DNA of 64,000 nt from Methanomassiliicoccaceae archaeon (GCA_040776945.1 JAXGZN010000001.1:64001-128000); one strand, 5' to 3'; shown: positions 32,332 through 42,800, counted from the stretch's first letter. Translations and numbers: made by a program. The notes: generated by a model from the letters alone, not told the origin.

Positions 32332-32838
32332 TTAATGGTGCGAAGCATTAATTCCGCGGGGGTCTTCTCCCTCGGCCTCCTTCAGCGGGTTCGGTCCCAT
32401 CTCTCTGATCTTCTCGATGAAGTCCGTTATCGTGGACTGGAACTTCACGCCCTCGGAGGCGGACACCCACTCCAGCTGAAGCCGGTCGGGGTCCAGGCCG
32501 TACTGCTCAAGGAGCATCTTGAGCAAGGCGATCCTTCTCCTGGCGCGATAGTTGCCTCCGATATAGTGGCAGTCCGCGGGATGGCATCCCAGTACAAGGA
32601 CGCCGTCCGCGCCCTTGGCGAAAGCCCGGAGGACGAACTCGGGGTCGACCCTGGCCGAGCACATCGACCTAAGCACCAAGAAGTTGGTCGGCATCTGTAG
32701 CCTGGAAACTCCTGCCAGGTCCGCACCGGCGTAGGAGCACCAGTTGCAGCAGAAGGCCAAGATCTTAGGCTCGAAGGTCTCTTCCGCGGATTTGGCCGCC
32801 GCGGGGGCGGCCTGGTGTTCTTGTTGTGTGGATGACAT
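32332..32838 (-). CDS. mvhD: Hydrogenase [2Fe-2S] subunit D
   Basis: FCCNWCSYAGAD, MCSARV, GCHPADCHY, WVSASEG. Confidence 0.95.
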   Translation of the reverse strand: MSSTQQEHQAAPAAAKSAEETFEPKILAFCCNWCSYAGADLAGVSRLQMPTNFLVLRSMCSARVDPEFVLRAFAKGADGVLVLGCHPADCHYIGGNYRARRRIALLKMLLEQYGLDPDRLQLEWVSASEGVKFQSTITDFIEKIREMGPNPLKEAEGEDPRGINASHH

Positions 32839-32840
32839 GT

Positions 32841-35800
32841 TCACTCACTCTCCTCGAGAGCGGCGTCGATCGCGGCTATGACCTGTGCGTTCTTGAAGCC
32901 CATTTGCTCCATAGCTCCGGACGGGCAGGCCGCGACGCAGCAGCCGCATCCCTTGCACAGACCCTCGTTGACGACGGCCTTCTTCTTCTCGGGGTTCTTG
33001 GGATCGGCCACTATCGTGATGGCCTTGTACTCGCAGACCGGTTCACAGATGGCGCAGCCATCGCAGATGTCCTCGTTGACCGCGGCGATGATGCCTTCGC
33101 TCTTCAGCTCGGGCTTCGAAATAACGGTCATGGCGCGGGCAGCTGCCCCGGAAGCCTGAGCGATGGCCTCATCAGTGAACTTTGGCCAGTGTGCCAGGCC
33201 TGCGAGATATACTCCGTTGGTGGCGAAGTCGACCGGCCTCAGCTTCATGTGCGCCTCAAGGAAGTACTTGTCCTTGCTGAGGGGCACCTTCAGCATCTTG
33301 GCTAGATCTTCGTTGTCGGCATGCGGCCGGATGCCGGTGCTCAGGACGACCAGATCGGGCCTCAGCATGATGTCCTCGCCCAGGATGGTGTCGCTTGCGA
33401 CCAGCTTCAGATCGTTCCCTTCCTTGGTGACCACTGGGGGCTTGTCCTCGGGGACCCTTACGAACCTGACGCCGACCTGACCTGCCTCCTTGTAGAGGTC
33501 CTCGCGGAACCCATAGGTACGGATGTCCTTGTGGAACACATACACATCTGCCTTCGGGTTGGCCTTCTTCACCGATATGGCGTTCTTGATGGCATTGGCG
33601 CAACAGACACGGCTGCAATAGGGCGCCTCTGCGTTCCTGGAACCGACGCATTGGATCATGGCGATCTGCTTGGCAGCGACAGGGCCCTTCTGCATCTGCT
33701 CCTCGAGCTCAAGCTGGGTGACGACCCTCTTGTCCTGTCCGTACAGGAACTCCTTGGGCTTGTACTCCTCGGCACCGACCGCTACCACTATGCTTCCGGT
33801 CTCGAGCTCAGCGCCGTCAGAGGTCTTCACCTTGAAGTTGCCGACGAACCCGCTGACGTCCTTGACCTCGGTGTTCAGGTGGACGGTGATGTTCTTGTTG
33901 TTCCTCACCCTGGTGATCATCTCCTTGGCGAAGTCCCGGACCTTGCGGCCATCCTCCTCGTGGTAGATCTTCATGGCGTTGCCGCCGAGCTCTGCGGTCC
34001 TCTCTAGGAGATCAACATGGTACCCCTGGGCTGCCATATCGAGGGCTGCGGTCATACCAGAGATGCCGCCCCCTATGACCACCGATGAGTGGGTGACGGG
34101 CAGCTTGGACTCGTACAGCGGCTCGAGCAGGCGGGCCTTGGCGACGGCCATCCTGACCAGGTCCTTGGCCTTTTGCGTGGCCTTCTCGGGCTCTCCCATG
34201 TGGATCCATGAGCATTGGTCCCTGATGTTGGCCATCTCGAACAGGTAGGGGTTAAGCCCTGCCTCCTTCAGCGTGCTCTGGAACAGAGGCTCGTGGGTAC
34301 GAGGGGTGCAGGATGCGACCACGACCCGGTTGAGCTTCTCCCGCTTGATGGTCTCGGTTATCTTGCCCTGGGTGTCGGCAGAGCAGGAGTACTTGTTCTC
34401 CTCCGCGAACACCACGTTGGGCAGGGTCTTGGCATAGTCGACGACCTTGGGCACATCCACGGTGCCTTTGATGTTGATACCGCAGTCGCAGACGAAGACA
34501 CCGATCCTGGGCTCCTGGCCTTCGACATCGATCTCGTCCTTCTTGACCTCCTCCATGTGCCCCCTTTTGTTGGATATGTAGGCACCGGCCTTGGCCGCGG
34601 CGCCCGAGGCCTCGGCGACCGAGGTCGGGATGTCCTTTGGAGCAGCGAAGGCGCCGGTAACGAATATACCGGGGCGGCTGGTGGTCAGCGGGCTGTACAC
34701 ATTGGTGCCCGCAAAGCCGAACTTGTTCAGGTTGACGTTGAATATCTTGCTCAGGGCGCCGGCGCTCTTGGGAGGCTCCAGACCGAGGGAAAGGACGACT
34801 AGGTCGAACTCTTCCTCAACCACGTTGCCATCGGCGGAGTACCTTAGGAACAGGTTCTTGGTGACAGGGTCCTCATGGATGCTCGCTACCCTGGAGGAGC
34901 GGTGCATCTTGATCCCATACTCCTTCTCGGCCCTGTTGCGGTAGTCCTCGAACTCCTTCCCTACGGCCCTTATGTCCATGAAGAATATGTGAGGCTCCAG
35001 TCCGGCGGTGTGCTCACCGGCGATGATGGCCTGCTTCATCGCGTACATGCAGCAGACGGAGGAACAATAGGTGTTGCCTACCTTCTCGTCCCTTGACCCA
35101 ACGCACTGCAGGAAGGCGACCTTCTTGGGGGTCTTCTGGTCAGAAGGCCTGACCACATGCCCTCCATACGGGCCAGTTGCGCTCAGGAACCTCTCAAACT
35201 CCAGAGAAGTGACCACGTTGGGGTACTCCCCATAACCATATTCTTTCTTGAGGCGGGCATCGAAGGCCGAGAAACCAGGGGCCAGGATGATAGCTCCCAC
35301 GTCCAGGGTCTCCTCGACCGCTTTGTCCTCATAGTTGACGGCGCCGGACGGGCAGTTCTTCTCGCACAGCCCGCAGCGGCCCTTGGTGAGCTTTAGGCAC
35401 TTGCTCGCATCGATCGAGTACTTCAGCGGAACGGCCTGGGCATACGGGATGTAGATGGCCTTTCTTTCCACTAGGTTCGCATCGTACTCATTGGGGACCT
35501 TGACCGGGCACTTCTCAGCGCAGATGCCGCATCCGACACACTTGTCCATGTCGACATAGCGAGGATTGTGCCGCACCTTCACCTTGAAATCGGGGGCCTC
35601 ACCGGAGACATCGACCACCTCGGACATTGTCATGAGGTTGATCATAGGATGTCTGGCAGCCTCGACCAATTTAGGCGAGAGGATACACATCGAACAATCG
35701 TTCGTCGGGAAGGTCTTGTCCAGTTGGGACATGACCCCACCGATGCTTGGCGTCTTCTCTATCAGGTAGACCTTGAACCCAGACTCAGCGAGGTCCAATG

Positions 35801-35861
35801 CGGTCTGTACGCCGGAGATACCTCCTCCGACGACCATTACTGCACCTGTCTTTTCCGACAT
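32841..35861 (-). CDS. hdrA: Heterodisulfide reductase subunit A, long form (1006 aa)
   Basis: Two GGGISG FAD motifs, two QCVGSR and CSxVCC modules, LDKTFPTNDCSMC, ferredoxin motifs. Confidence 0.95.
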   Translation of the reverse strand: MSEKTGAVMVVGGGISGVQTALDLAESGFKVYLIEKTPSIGGVMSQLDKTFPTNDCSMCILSPKLVEAARHPMINLMTMSEVVDVSGEAPDFKVKVRHNPRYVDMDKCVGCGICAEKCPVKVPNEYDANLVERKAIYIPYAQAVPLKYSIDASKCLKLTKGRCGLCEKNCPSGAVNYEDKAVEETLDVGAIILAPGFSAFDARLKKEYGYGEYPNVVTSLEFERFLSATGPYGGHVVRPSDQKTPKKVAFLQCVGSRDEKVGNTYCSSVCCMYAMKQAIIAGEHTAGLEPHIFFMDIRAVGKEFEDYRNRAEKEYGIKMHRSSRVASIHEDPVTKNLFLRYSADGNVVEEEFDLVVLSLGLEPPKSAGALSKIFNVNLNKFGFAGTNVYSPLTTSRPGIFVTGAFAAPKDIPTSVAEASGAAAKAGAYISNKRGHMEEVKKDEIDVEGQEPRIGVFVCDCGINIKGTVDVPKVVDYAKTLPNVVFAEENKYSCSADTQGKITETIKREKLNRVVVASCTPRTHEPLFQSTLKEAGLNPYLFEMANIRDQCSWIHMGEPEKATQKAKDLVRMAVAKARLLEPLYESKLPVTHSSVVIGGGISGMTAALDMAAQGYHVDLLERTAELGGNAMKIYHEEDGRKVRDFAKEMITRVRNNKNITVHLNTEVKDVSGFVGNFKVKTSDGAELETGSIVVAVGAEEYKPKEFLYGQDKRVVTQLELEEQMQKGPVAAKQIAMIQCVGSRNAEAPYCSRVCCANAIKNAISVKKANPKADVYVFHKDIRTYGFREDLYKEAGQVGVRFVRVPEDKPPVVTKEGNDLKLVASDTILGEDIMLRPDLVVLSTGIRPHADNEDLAKMLKVPLSKDKYFLEAHMKLRPVDFATNGVYLAGLAHWPKFTDEAIAQASGAAARAMTVISKPELKSEGIIAAVNEDICDGCAICEPVCEYKAITIVADPKNPEKKKAVVNEGLCKGCGCCVAACPSGAMEQMGFKNAQVIAAIDAALEESE

Positions 35862-36232
35862 TTATGCTCCTCCAAAATTCTTCTCCATCGATAATTCGTC
35901 CTTGTATGATGTACGATTTGGGCTTTTTTTGACCAGTTGCCTGACGGTTTTCAGAGCTGTTTCCGACCCGTTCGCGAGCATCGATCCTCCTATAACCGAG
36001 ATTGGTCCCGTTAGGTGGACTGTCCCGGTCGTTCCCGACCTACTGGACAAGTAGCTTCCGGTTACCAAGGACCGTGCCTTTTCCGCGTGCGAATCCTGGT
36101 CATGGCCCGGGTGCTTTTTGCCGGAAATGGAATGTTCGTATATTAACATATCGAAGATTGCCCCATATGTCGGATTGTGCACCCACTTCGCCATTGTCAT
36201 TTAAAAAGATTTCGTTCCCTATGGGTGACTTA

Positions 36233-36246
36233 TACGAACGTTCGTA
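36233..36246. promoter_or_regulatory. Perfect 14-bp palindrome, candidate operator
   Basis: TACGAACGTTCGTA, between divergent hdrA and the zinc-ribbon gene. A related half-site GTTCGTATA is at 36134-36142. Confidence 0.55.
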
Positions 36247-36347
36247 ACCATTTCGACGGCCTGCGGCCTGTCAGTGCTCCAGCGTCATTATCAACCCTAC
36301 AAACATAGAAAGAACCTGCTTAAAGGAGAACTCAGCTCAAGGCCGCC

Positions 36348-37058
36348 GTGATCAAAGCCGCTCACCCTCTGGAAGGGCTCCTGGCGAGCTCCGGTCTGGA
36401 AGGGTTCATTAGGAAGCTGGCCCGATTGCGCGGACCTGTGGGCAAGGACGATGTACGCCGAGGCCGTCCGCGGATCATCGTGACCGATAAGGAACAATCC
36501 GATATTGTCTGCGGAATATGCTTTGGCAAGATCAAGAGCGAGTCGGAGTATGCATATTGCCATAGGAGAACGTTCCACAGGTCTTGCTTGGAGCGCGTGG
36601 AGTGTTGCCCCGACTGCCATCTGAAATATGCGGTCAGGGGCAGGGAGGGCACGACCACCAAGGACATAGGGTCGCCGTTCAGGTTAAAAAGGATGAGAGA
36701 AGAGCCTCTGTCGGATGAGGCGGTGTCCCGATGCCCAGTATGTGGAGCCGGCCTGCTTGAAGGCATGGGCACTTGTTCTTCTTGCGGAGCCATATTCGTC
36801 TCTCCAGGAGGTTCTTTCGCCTGTCCGTCCTGTGGGTCCTTGGTCAGCGAGAGCGCGTCCATTTGCGGGAATTGCGGAGAACAGTTCCGACCGTTCGTTA
36901 CTAGTGCCTGTCCGGCCTGTGGTCAGGTGGTAGGCCCAAACGACGCGGTGTGCCAATGTGGGGCCGTTCTTCAGGAGTTCTGTCCGGAATGCGGCACTCC
37001 GCTTCCAGAAAGGGCCACCGAATGCCCCGGATGCGGCATCGTGTTCGAATTCGTATGA
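36348..37058 (+). CDS. RING-like plus multiple zinc-ribbon protein
   Basis: CGIC...C-x5-H-x2-C...CPDC followed by repeated CxxCG pairs. Start uncertain. Confidence 0.75.
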   Translation: MIKAAHPLEGLLASSGLEGFIRKLARLRGPVGKDDVRRGRPRIIVTDKEQSDIVCGICFGKIKSESEYAYCHRRTFHRSCLERVECCPDCHLKYAVRGREGTTTKDIGSPFRLKRMREEPLSDEAVSRCPVCGAGLLEGMGTCSSCGAIFVSPGGSFACPSCGSLVSESASICGNCGEQFRPFVTSACPACGQVVGPNDAVCQCGAVLQEFCPECGTPLPERATECPGCGIVFEFV

Positions 37059-37184
37059 TCCCAGCTTGACCATGGGGGTTCCTCCAGGGTCGATAATCGG
37101 CCGTATCGTAACCGTTATTGTCCAGAGCTGTCGATATACATTTTTATATTATCTTATCGATGCAGATATGTTTATCGAAGCGGG

Positions 37185-38285
37185 ATGCACATGAGAACAA
37201 CAGTTGACAGTGATGGGTCGTTCCTTTCCGACCCCGATCTCGAGCCGGGGGCTAGTGGCCAGGGGACGGTCAGCATAGATGACGAGGACCTAAGGAAGCT
37301 GGTGGAATCGATCAAGATCAGCATAACCATCTTCGGATGCGGAGGCGGGGGCTCCAATACCATCAACCGCCTGACTAATTCCGGGATCACCGGGGCCACC
37401 CTGGTCGCGGCAAACAGCGATGCCCGCCACCTGTTGGCCATCAGGGCGCCCAATAAGATTATTCTAGGAAAGGCCTCCACGCGTGGATTGGGAGCCGGTG
37501 CCATCCCTGATGTTGGGAGAAAGGCGGCCGAGGAGGCCCGTGAAGACATAATGCGATATATCGAGGGGAGCAGAGTGGTCTTCGTCACCGCGGGCATGGG
37601 AGGCGGCACTGGCACCGGCTCAGCCCCCTACGTCGCAGAGATGGCTAGGCGCTCCGGGGCCTTGACCATGGGGATCGTGACCCTTCCGTTCAAGGCCGAG
37701 GGAAAGCTTAGAATGGAGAACGCGAGGAAGGGGCTGAAGGTCCTGAGGGAGAACTGTGATACCACCATCGTGGTCCTGAACGATCAGCTATTGAAACTGG
37801 TCCCCAAGCTTCCTCTTGAGGCCGCGTTCAAGGTGGCGGATGAGGTCCTGATGTATGGAATCAAGGGCATCACAGAGGTCATCACCAAGCCTGGTCTTGT
37901 CAACGTCGATTTCAACGATATTAATACAATTATGAAGGACGGGGGCATGGCGATGATAGGGATGGGGGAGAGCGGGGACGGCAGCGATAGGGTGCACCAG
38001 GCAGTGAGCGAGGCCTTGGAGTCACCGCTGCTCGGCACCATCGACATGTCCACGGCGAAGGGCGCGCTCATTCGAGTGGTCGGCGGACCGGATATGACCG
38101 TGGGAGAGGCGGAGAAGGCAGCTGAGATGGTCTCCTCTCGCCTCAGTCCCCGAGCAAGGATTATATGGGGCTGCTCCGTTGAGCCGGATATGGAGGGCAA
38201 GGTGAGCCTGCTGGTCGTCATAACAGGAGTGAGCTCCTCGTTGGATGCGGACCTGCAGGCGGCCCCATCGCGACATGGTGGTTAA
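37185..38285 (+). CDS. ftsZ: Cell division protein FtsZ
   Basis: GCGGGGSN, GMGGGTGTG, PFKAEG, NVDFND motifs. Confidence 0.96.
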   Translation: MHMRTTVDSDGSFLSDPDLEPGASGQGTVSIDDEDLRKLVESIKISITIFGCGGGGSNTINRLTNSGITGATLVAANSDARHLLAIRAPNKIILGKASTRGLGAGAIPDVGRKAAEEAREDIMRYIEGSRVVFVTAGMGGGTGTGSAPYVAEMARRSGALTMGIVTLPFKAEGKLRMENARKGLKVLRENCDTTIVVLNDQLLKLVPKLPLEAAFKVADEVLMYGIKGITEVITKPGLVNVDFNDINTIMKDGGMAMIGMGESGDGSDRVHQAVSEALESPLLGTIDMSTAKGALIRVVGGPDMTVGEAEKAAEMVSSRLSPRARIIWGCSVEPDMEGKVSLLVVITGVSSSLDADLQAAPSRHGG

Positions 38286-38556
38286 GTCCAAGAGAGGCAG
38301 GCGCAGATATATCGCGTTCAGGACAAGCGGAGAACACCATATGTCAGATGAGGAGCTCCTTGGCACCTTGAACTCCTCATTGCACCGTTCAGGCGTTCGC
38401 TTCAAGGTCATCCAGTTCGATGGGCGAAGGGGCATATTCAGAGTGAGCGGGTCCGACCGCGACCGCGCCCTCAAGGCCCTGTCGGGATTGACCGGAAGCC
38501 CTATCACCACCCTCCGGACGTCGGGTACCTTGAGAACCTTGCGGGACCAGCGTTGA
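38275..38556 (+). CDS. rnp2: RNase P protein Pop5/Rpp14
   Basis: RRRYIAFR...TLRTSGTLR. Conserved position before psmA. Confidence 0.85.
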   Translation: MVVKSKRGRRRYIAFRTSGEHHMSDEELLGTLNSSLHRSGVRFKVIQFDGRRGIFRVSGSDRDRALKALSGLTGSPITTLRTSGTLRTLRDQR

Positions 38557-38685
38557 ATGAAAAGGGGCGAAGGGCCAGGAGCTGAGATGTCGGAGTGCCC
38601 GGCGCAATTTTTTTCTGCTACACATATTAAGCTATATATTACCGAAGCGCTTTAGTGAAATCCGCATAGTCTAGGAGTGACATAG

Positions 38686-39408
38686 ATGCAACCAGGACAA
38701 ATGGCATATGATAGGGCCATCACAGTGTTCTCGCCTGACGGTAGGCTGTTCCAGGTGGAGTACGCGAGGGAGGCCGTCAAGAGAGGCACCACCACGGTAG
38801 GTTTGAAGTTCAAGGACGGGGCCGTCCTCATCGTTGACAAGCGCATCGCCAGCCGCCTCATGGAGCCAAGGTCCATCGAAAAGATATTCCAGATCGACGA
38901 GCACATCGGGTGCGCGACATCGGGTCTGGTCGCTGACGCCAGGGTCCTTGTGGACCATGCCAGGGTGACCGCCCAGATCAGCAAGATAACTTATGATGAG
39001 AGAATAAACGTAGAGATGCTGGTCAAGAAGATCTGCGATTACAAGCAGAACTATACTCAGTACGGTGGGGTCAGGCCGTTCGGGACCGCTCTGCTGATCG
39101 CAGGTGTCGATGACCAAGGCGTTCATCTATTCGAGACCGATCCCTCGGGAGCGCTGGTCTCGTACAAGGCAGGCAGCATCGGAGCCGGCCGCAACGTTGT
39201 CATGGAGGTCTTCGAGGAACAGTTCCAGGAAGGGATGGATATGGACGATGCTATCGTCCTAGGCCTTAAAGCCCTTAAGAAGGCCACTGAGGAAGAGAAG
39301 CTCAACCCCAAGTCGGTAGAGATAGGCATCGTCCGCAAGGGATCCAACTTCCGCCGCCTTGATGACAATGAGGTCGAGGCGGTCGTGGAAAAGGCCAACA
39401 GCGCATAG
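38686..39408 (+). CDS. psmA: Proteasome alpha subunit
   Basis: [20 protein letters not shown]. Confidence 0.98.
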   Translation: MQPGQMAYDRAITVFSPDGRLFQVEYAREAVKRGTTTVGLKFKDGAVLIVDKRIASRLMEPRSIEKIFQIDEHIGCATSGLVADARVLVDHARVTAQISKITYDERINVEMLVKKICDYKQNYTQYGGVRPFGTALLIAGVDDQGVHLFETDPSGALVSYKAGSIGAGRNVVMEVFEEQFQEGMDMDDAIVLGLKALKKATEEEKLNPKSVEIGIVRKGSNFRRLDDNEVEAVVEKANSA

Positions 39409-39419
39409 GCCGGGCTCGA

Positions 39420-40124
39420 ATGGTCGACCTTGAAGACGCGATAATCGCCAAGATGGAGTCTCACGGAGAGACTTTCGAGATCCTGATCGACCCTAAAGTG
39501 GTCAGCATCATCCGCGAAGGTAAGGAAGTAGATCTAGCGGACCACATGGTCATCGAGGAGATCTTCCGGAACGCCCGCAAGGGCACCAGGCCGGAAGATA
39601 GAAAGATCCAGGAGGTCTTCGGTACGACCGACCCGACCGAGGTCGCCAAGCAAATCATCCTAAAGGGCGAGGTACAGCTGACAACCCAGCAGCGGAAAGA
39701 GATGCTTGAGAGCAAGCGCAGGAGAATCGTGATGGAGATCGCGCGAAACGCAATCAATCCACAAACCTCCGCCCCACATCCGCCCGCAAGGATCGAAGCG
39801 GCGATGGAGGAGGCGCGGGTCCATGTGGACCCCTTCAAGTCCGTCGAGTCGCAGATAGAGACGGTCTTAAAGGCCCTGCGCCCCTTGCTTCCGATCCGGT
39901 TTGACAAGGTCCGGATCGCGGTGAGGCTGACAGGAGAGCAGTATGGCCGCTGTTATGACTACATATCCCAGGCAGGGAAGGTCACTAAGGACGAGTGGCA
40001 ATCGAACGGTTGCTGGATCGGCATTGTGGAGCTTCCGGCAGGGATGCGTGATGATTTTCTTGGCAAGCTCGCCGAGAGGACGAAGGGGGACGTCGAGACC
40101 AAAATCCTCAAGAGCGCCATTTGA
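39420..40124 (+). CDS. Ribosome maturation factor SBDS/Sdo1
   Basis: [26 protein letters not shown]. Confidence 0.95.
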   Translation: MVDLEDAIIAKMESHGETFEILIDPKVVSIIREGKEVDLADHMVIEEIFRNARKGTRPEDRKIQEVFGTTDPTEVAKQIILKGEVQLTTQQRKEMLESKRRRIVMEIARNAINPQTSAPHPPARIEAAMEEARVHVDPFKSVESQIETVLKALRPLLPIRFDKVRIAVRLTGEQYGRCYDYISQAGKVTKDEWQSNGCWIGIVELPAGMRDDFLGKLAERTKGDVETKILKSAI

Positions 40125-40235
40125 GCGAATTCTTAAGACATTGCATATTATACGGCGTTTCGGGTCGAGCAAAGGCATATAAGAAGGCAGACCATCAACA
40201 GGTTATTCGTGCGTTGATTTAAAAGGAGACATGAT

Positions 40236-40937
40236 ATGAACAGTGAAGTGTCGAGACAACCGCGGGAGATCGTTATGCCCGGCGATCTTCTGGACGGCGA
40301 CAGATTGAAGCCAGGGGCGGGAACCTATGTTTCAGAAGGGAAGATATACGCCGCCCTGCTCGGTATAAAATCGGTGAAATCGAACTACGTGAACATAATC
40401 CCCCTCAGCGGCAGGTACATTCCTGCGGTCGGCGACAGCGTCATCGGCAAGGTGGAGGACATCGGGCCGTCCAACTGGCTGATCGACATTAATTCACCTT
40501 ATCCCGCTCCCTTGCACGTGAACGAGGTCCCCTGGCGGGTCGAGTTCGGCGATACCGCGAGATACATGAACGTGGGCGACGTGATTCTGGCAAAGGTGCT
40601 CATGGTGGACGAGACCATGAGAGTTCAGGTCACTATGAAGGACCAGGGATTAAGAAAATTGCAGGGAGGGCAGATCATCGAGATCTCCTCCAGCAAGGTC
40701 CCCCGTGTGATCGGCAAGAGCGGTTCCATGATACAGATGATAAAGGGGTACACCAACTGCCGCATCTTTGTGGGACAGAACGGAAGAATATGGCTCGATG
40801 GCGAGGTCGATAACATAATGCATGCCATCAAGGCCATCCAGATGATCGAGCAGGACGCCCATTCCTACGGATTGACTGAAAAGGTGAAGGCGTACCTGGA
40901 GGCGGAGTCGCATCAGTCCGCCCCGAGTTCGGAGTGA
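40236..40937 (+). CDS. rrp4: Exosome RNA-binding subunit Rrp4
   Basis: S1 domain plus KH ([19 protein letters not shown]). Confidence 0.95.
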   Translation: MNSEVSRQPREIVMPGDLLDGDRLKPGAGTYVSEGKIYAALLGIKSVKSNYVNIIPLSGRYIPAVGDSVIGKVEDIGPSNWLIDINSPYPAPLHVNEVPWRVEFGDTARYMNVGDVILAKVLMVDETMRVQVTMKDQGLRKLQGGQIIEISSSKVPRVIGKSGSMIQMIKGYTNCRIFVGQNGRIWLDGEVDNIMHAIKAIQMIEQDAHSYGLTEKVKAYLEAESHQSAPSSE

Positions 40938-40947
40938 GGTGAAGCTT

Positions 40948-41727
40948 ATGTCCGGAATGACAACCAATATCGATCTGATAGATGACAATGACATAAGGAT
41001 AGATGGAAGGAAAGTGGACGAGCTCAGACCCCTGAGGATCGAGGCCGGGGTCCTGAAGAGAGCGGACGGCTCCGCCTACGTCGAGTGGGGGAAGAACAAG
41101 GTGTTGGCCGCGGTGTACGGACCTCGAGAATGCCATCCACGCCACATGCAGAACCCTGCGAAAGCGATCGTCCAGTGCAAGTACAATATGCTCTCGTTCT
41201 CGGTCTCAGACCGCAAGCGGCCGGGCCCCGACCGACGATCCATAGAGATCTCCAAGATAATATCGGAGGCCTTGGAGTACGTTGTATTCACTGAGAACTA
41301 TCCTCGTGCATCCATTGACGTCTACATAGAGGTGCTGCAAGCCAATGCGGGCACCAGATGCGCGGGCCTGACCGCTGCTTCCGTGGCCCTGGCCGATGCC
41401 GGCATACCTATGAAGGACATCGTCCCTGCTGTCGCCATCGGCAAGGCAGATGGGCAGATCGTACTAGACCTCAACAAGGAGGAGGACAACTACGGCAATG
41501 CTGACCTGCCGATTGCCATGATACCGCGGACCGGCGAAGTGCTGTTGCTCCAGATGGATGGCCATATGACCATGGAGGAGTTCGATCGCGCACTGGAATA
41601 TGGGAAGAAAGCATGTCAAATGGTCTACGACGTGCAGAAGGACGCTCTCCGACGGCGCTATGCCGTGCAGGGAGCTACCAACGGTGAGGCGGACGATGAG
41701 ACCCATGGCGATGGAACGGAGGCCTGA
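40948..41727 (+). CDS. rrp41: Exosome subunit Rrp41
   Basis: RIDGR..DELRP, ADGSA, VYGPRE, AGTRCA. Confidence 0.96.
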   Translation: MSGMTTNIDLIDDNDIRIDGRKVDELRPLRIEAGVLKRADGSAYVEWGKNKVLAAVYGPRECHPRHMQNPAKAIVQCKYNMLSFSVSDRKRPGPDRRSIEISKIISEALEYVVFTENYPRASIDVYIEVLQANAGTRCAGLTAASVALADAGIPMKDIVPAVAIGKADGQIVLDLNKEEDNYGNADLPIAMIPRTGEVLLLQMDGHMTMEEFDRALEYGKKACQMVYDVQKDALRRRYAVQGATNGEADDETHGDGTEA

Positions 41728-41729
41728 GT

Positions 41730-42503
41730 ATGTCCGAACCCGTAATGTCCGAGATAAAGAAGGGGCACATCCATAAGCTGCTGTCCACCGGAAAGCGCGT
41801 GGACGGCAGGGCGCTCGATGAGTACCGCCCCATCAGCATCGAGACCAACTATATCGAGAGCGCGCAGGGCTCCGCCCGCGTACGACTTGGCAATACAGAC
41901 GTCCTCGTGGGAGTTAAGATGGAGGTAGGCTCCCCGTTCGCGGACACCCCAGACCGCGGGGTGCTGACCACCAATACCGAGCTGATACCTCTGGCATCCC
42001 CCACCTTCGAGTCCGGACCTCCAGATGCCGGCGCCATCGAACTGGCCAGGGTCATCGACCGCGGAATACGCGAGAGCGAGATGATCGACCTAAAGAAGCT
42101 GTGCATCAAGGAGGGCGAGGAGGTATGGATCAACTTCCTCGATATCTATGTGCTCGATTACGACGGAAACCTGTTCGATGCCTGCTTCCTGGGCGCCATC
42201 GCCGCCCTGAGGACCGCCATTGTTCCGGCGAAGGAGAACGAGAAGGGCGAGGACTATCCCATGCCGCTCAACCATCTGCCCATTCAGACCACGGTCGTAA
42301 AGATAGAAAACTCTATATTGTTTGACCCGACTCTGGACGAAGAAAAGGTCGCAGACGCTCGCCTGACCGTCACTATAGATGAGAACGGTGACCTAAGGGC
42401 AATGCAGAAGGGACTCGCCGGCGCCTTCACGCTGGACGAGGTCAGGCAAGTGATCGATATGTCCCTGCGCAAGAGCAAGGACCTCAGGAACATCGTAGGG
42501 TGA
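41730..42503 (+). CDS. rrp42: Exosome subunit Rrp42
   Basis: RVDGR...EYRP, FESGPP, DRGIRES, DYDGN. Confidence 0.96.
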   Translation: MSEPVMSEIKKGHIHKLLSTGKRVDGRALDEYRPISIETNYIESAQGSARVRLGNTDVLVGVKMEVGSPFADTPDRGVLTTNTELIPLASPTFESGPPDAGAIELARVIDRGIRESEMIDLKKLCIKEGEEVWINFLDIYVLDYDGNLFDACFLGAIAALRTAIVPAKENEKGEDYPMPLNHLPIQTTVVKIENSILFDPTLDEEKVADARLTVTIDENGDLRAMQKGLAGAFTLDEVRQVIDMSLRKSKDLRNIVG

Positions 42504-42507
42504 TAGC

Positions 42508-42798
42508 ATGGCGAAGTCAACAGAGAAGGTGGGCAGCTCGGGAAGGTTCGGCACGAGGTACGGCGTGGTCGTTAGGAACCGCGTCCGTGACATCGACAAG
42601 ATGCGGACCGCGGCCCACGAGTGCCCCAAATGCCATAGGAACAGCGTATCTCGCGTGAGCAGCGGCATCTGGGAGTGCAGCAAGTGCAACGTCAAGTTCG
42701 CCGCTGGTGCTTACTCCCCGACCTCTAAGAAGGTGACCTCTGAAGAGTTCAGGGCCGCCCAGAACGCAAAGGTCGAGAGCCAGGCTAAAGGTGCGTGA
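42508..42798 (+). CDS. rpl37ae: 50S ribosomal protein L37Ae
   Basis: GRFGTRYG, CPKC, GIWECSKC, AGAYSP. Confidence 0.96.
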   Translation: MAKSTEKVGSSGRFGTRYGVVVRNRVRDIDKMRTAAHECPKCHRNSVSRVSSGIWECSKCNVKFAAGAYSPTSKKVTSEEFRAAQNAKVESQAKGA

Positions 42799-42800
42799 AC

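Noticed and set aside
29878-35396. Long antisense ORFs over mvh/hdrA (and similar ones over the ribosomal genes)
   Set aside because: Expected artefact of strong GC3 codon bias in highly expressed genes.
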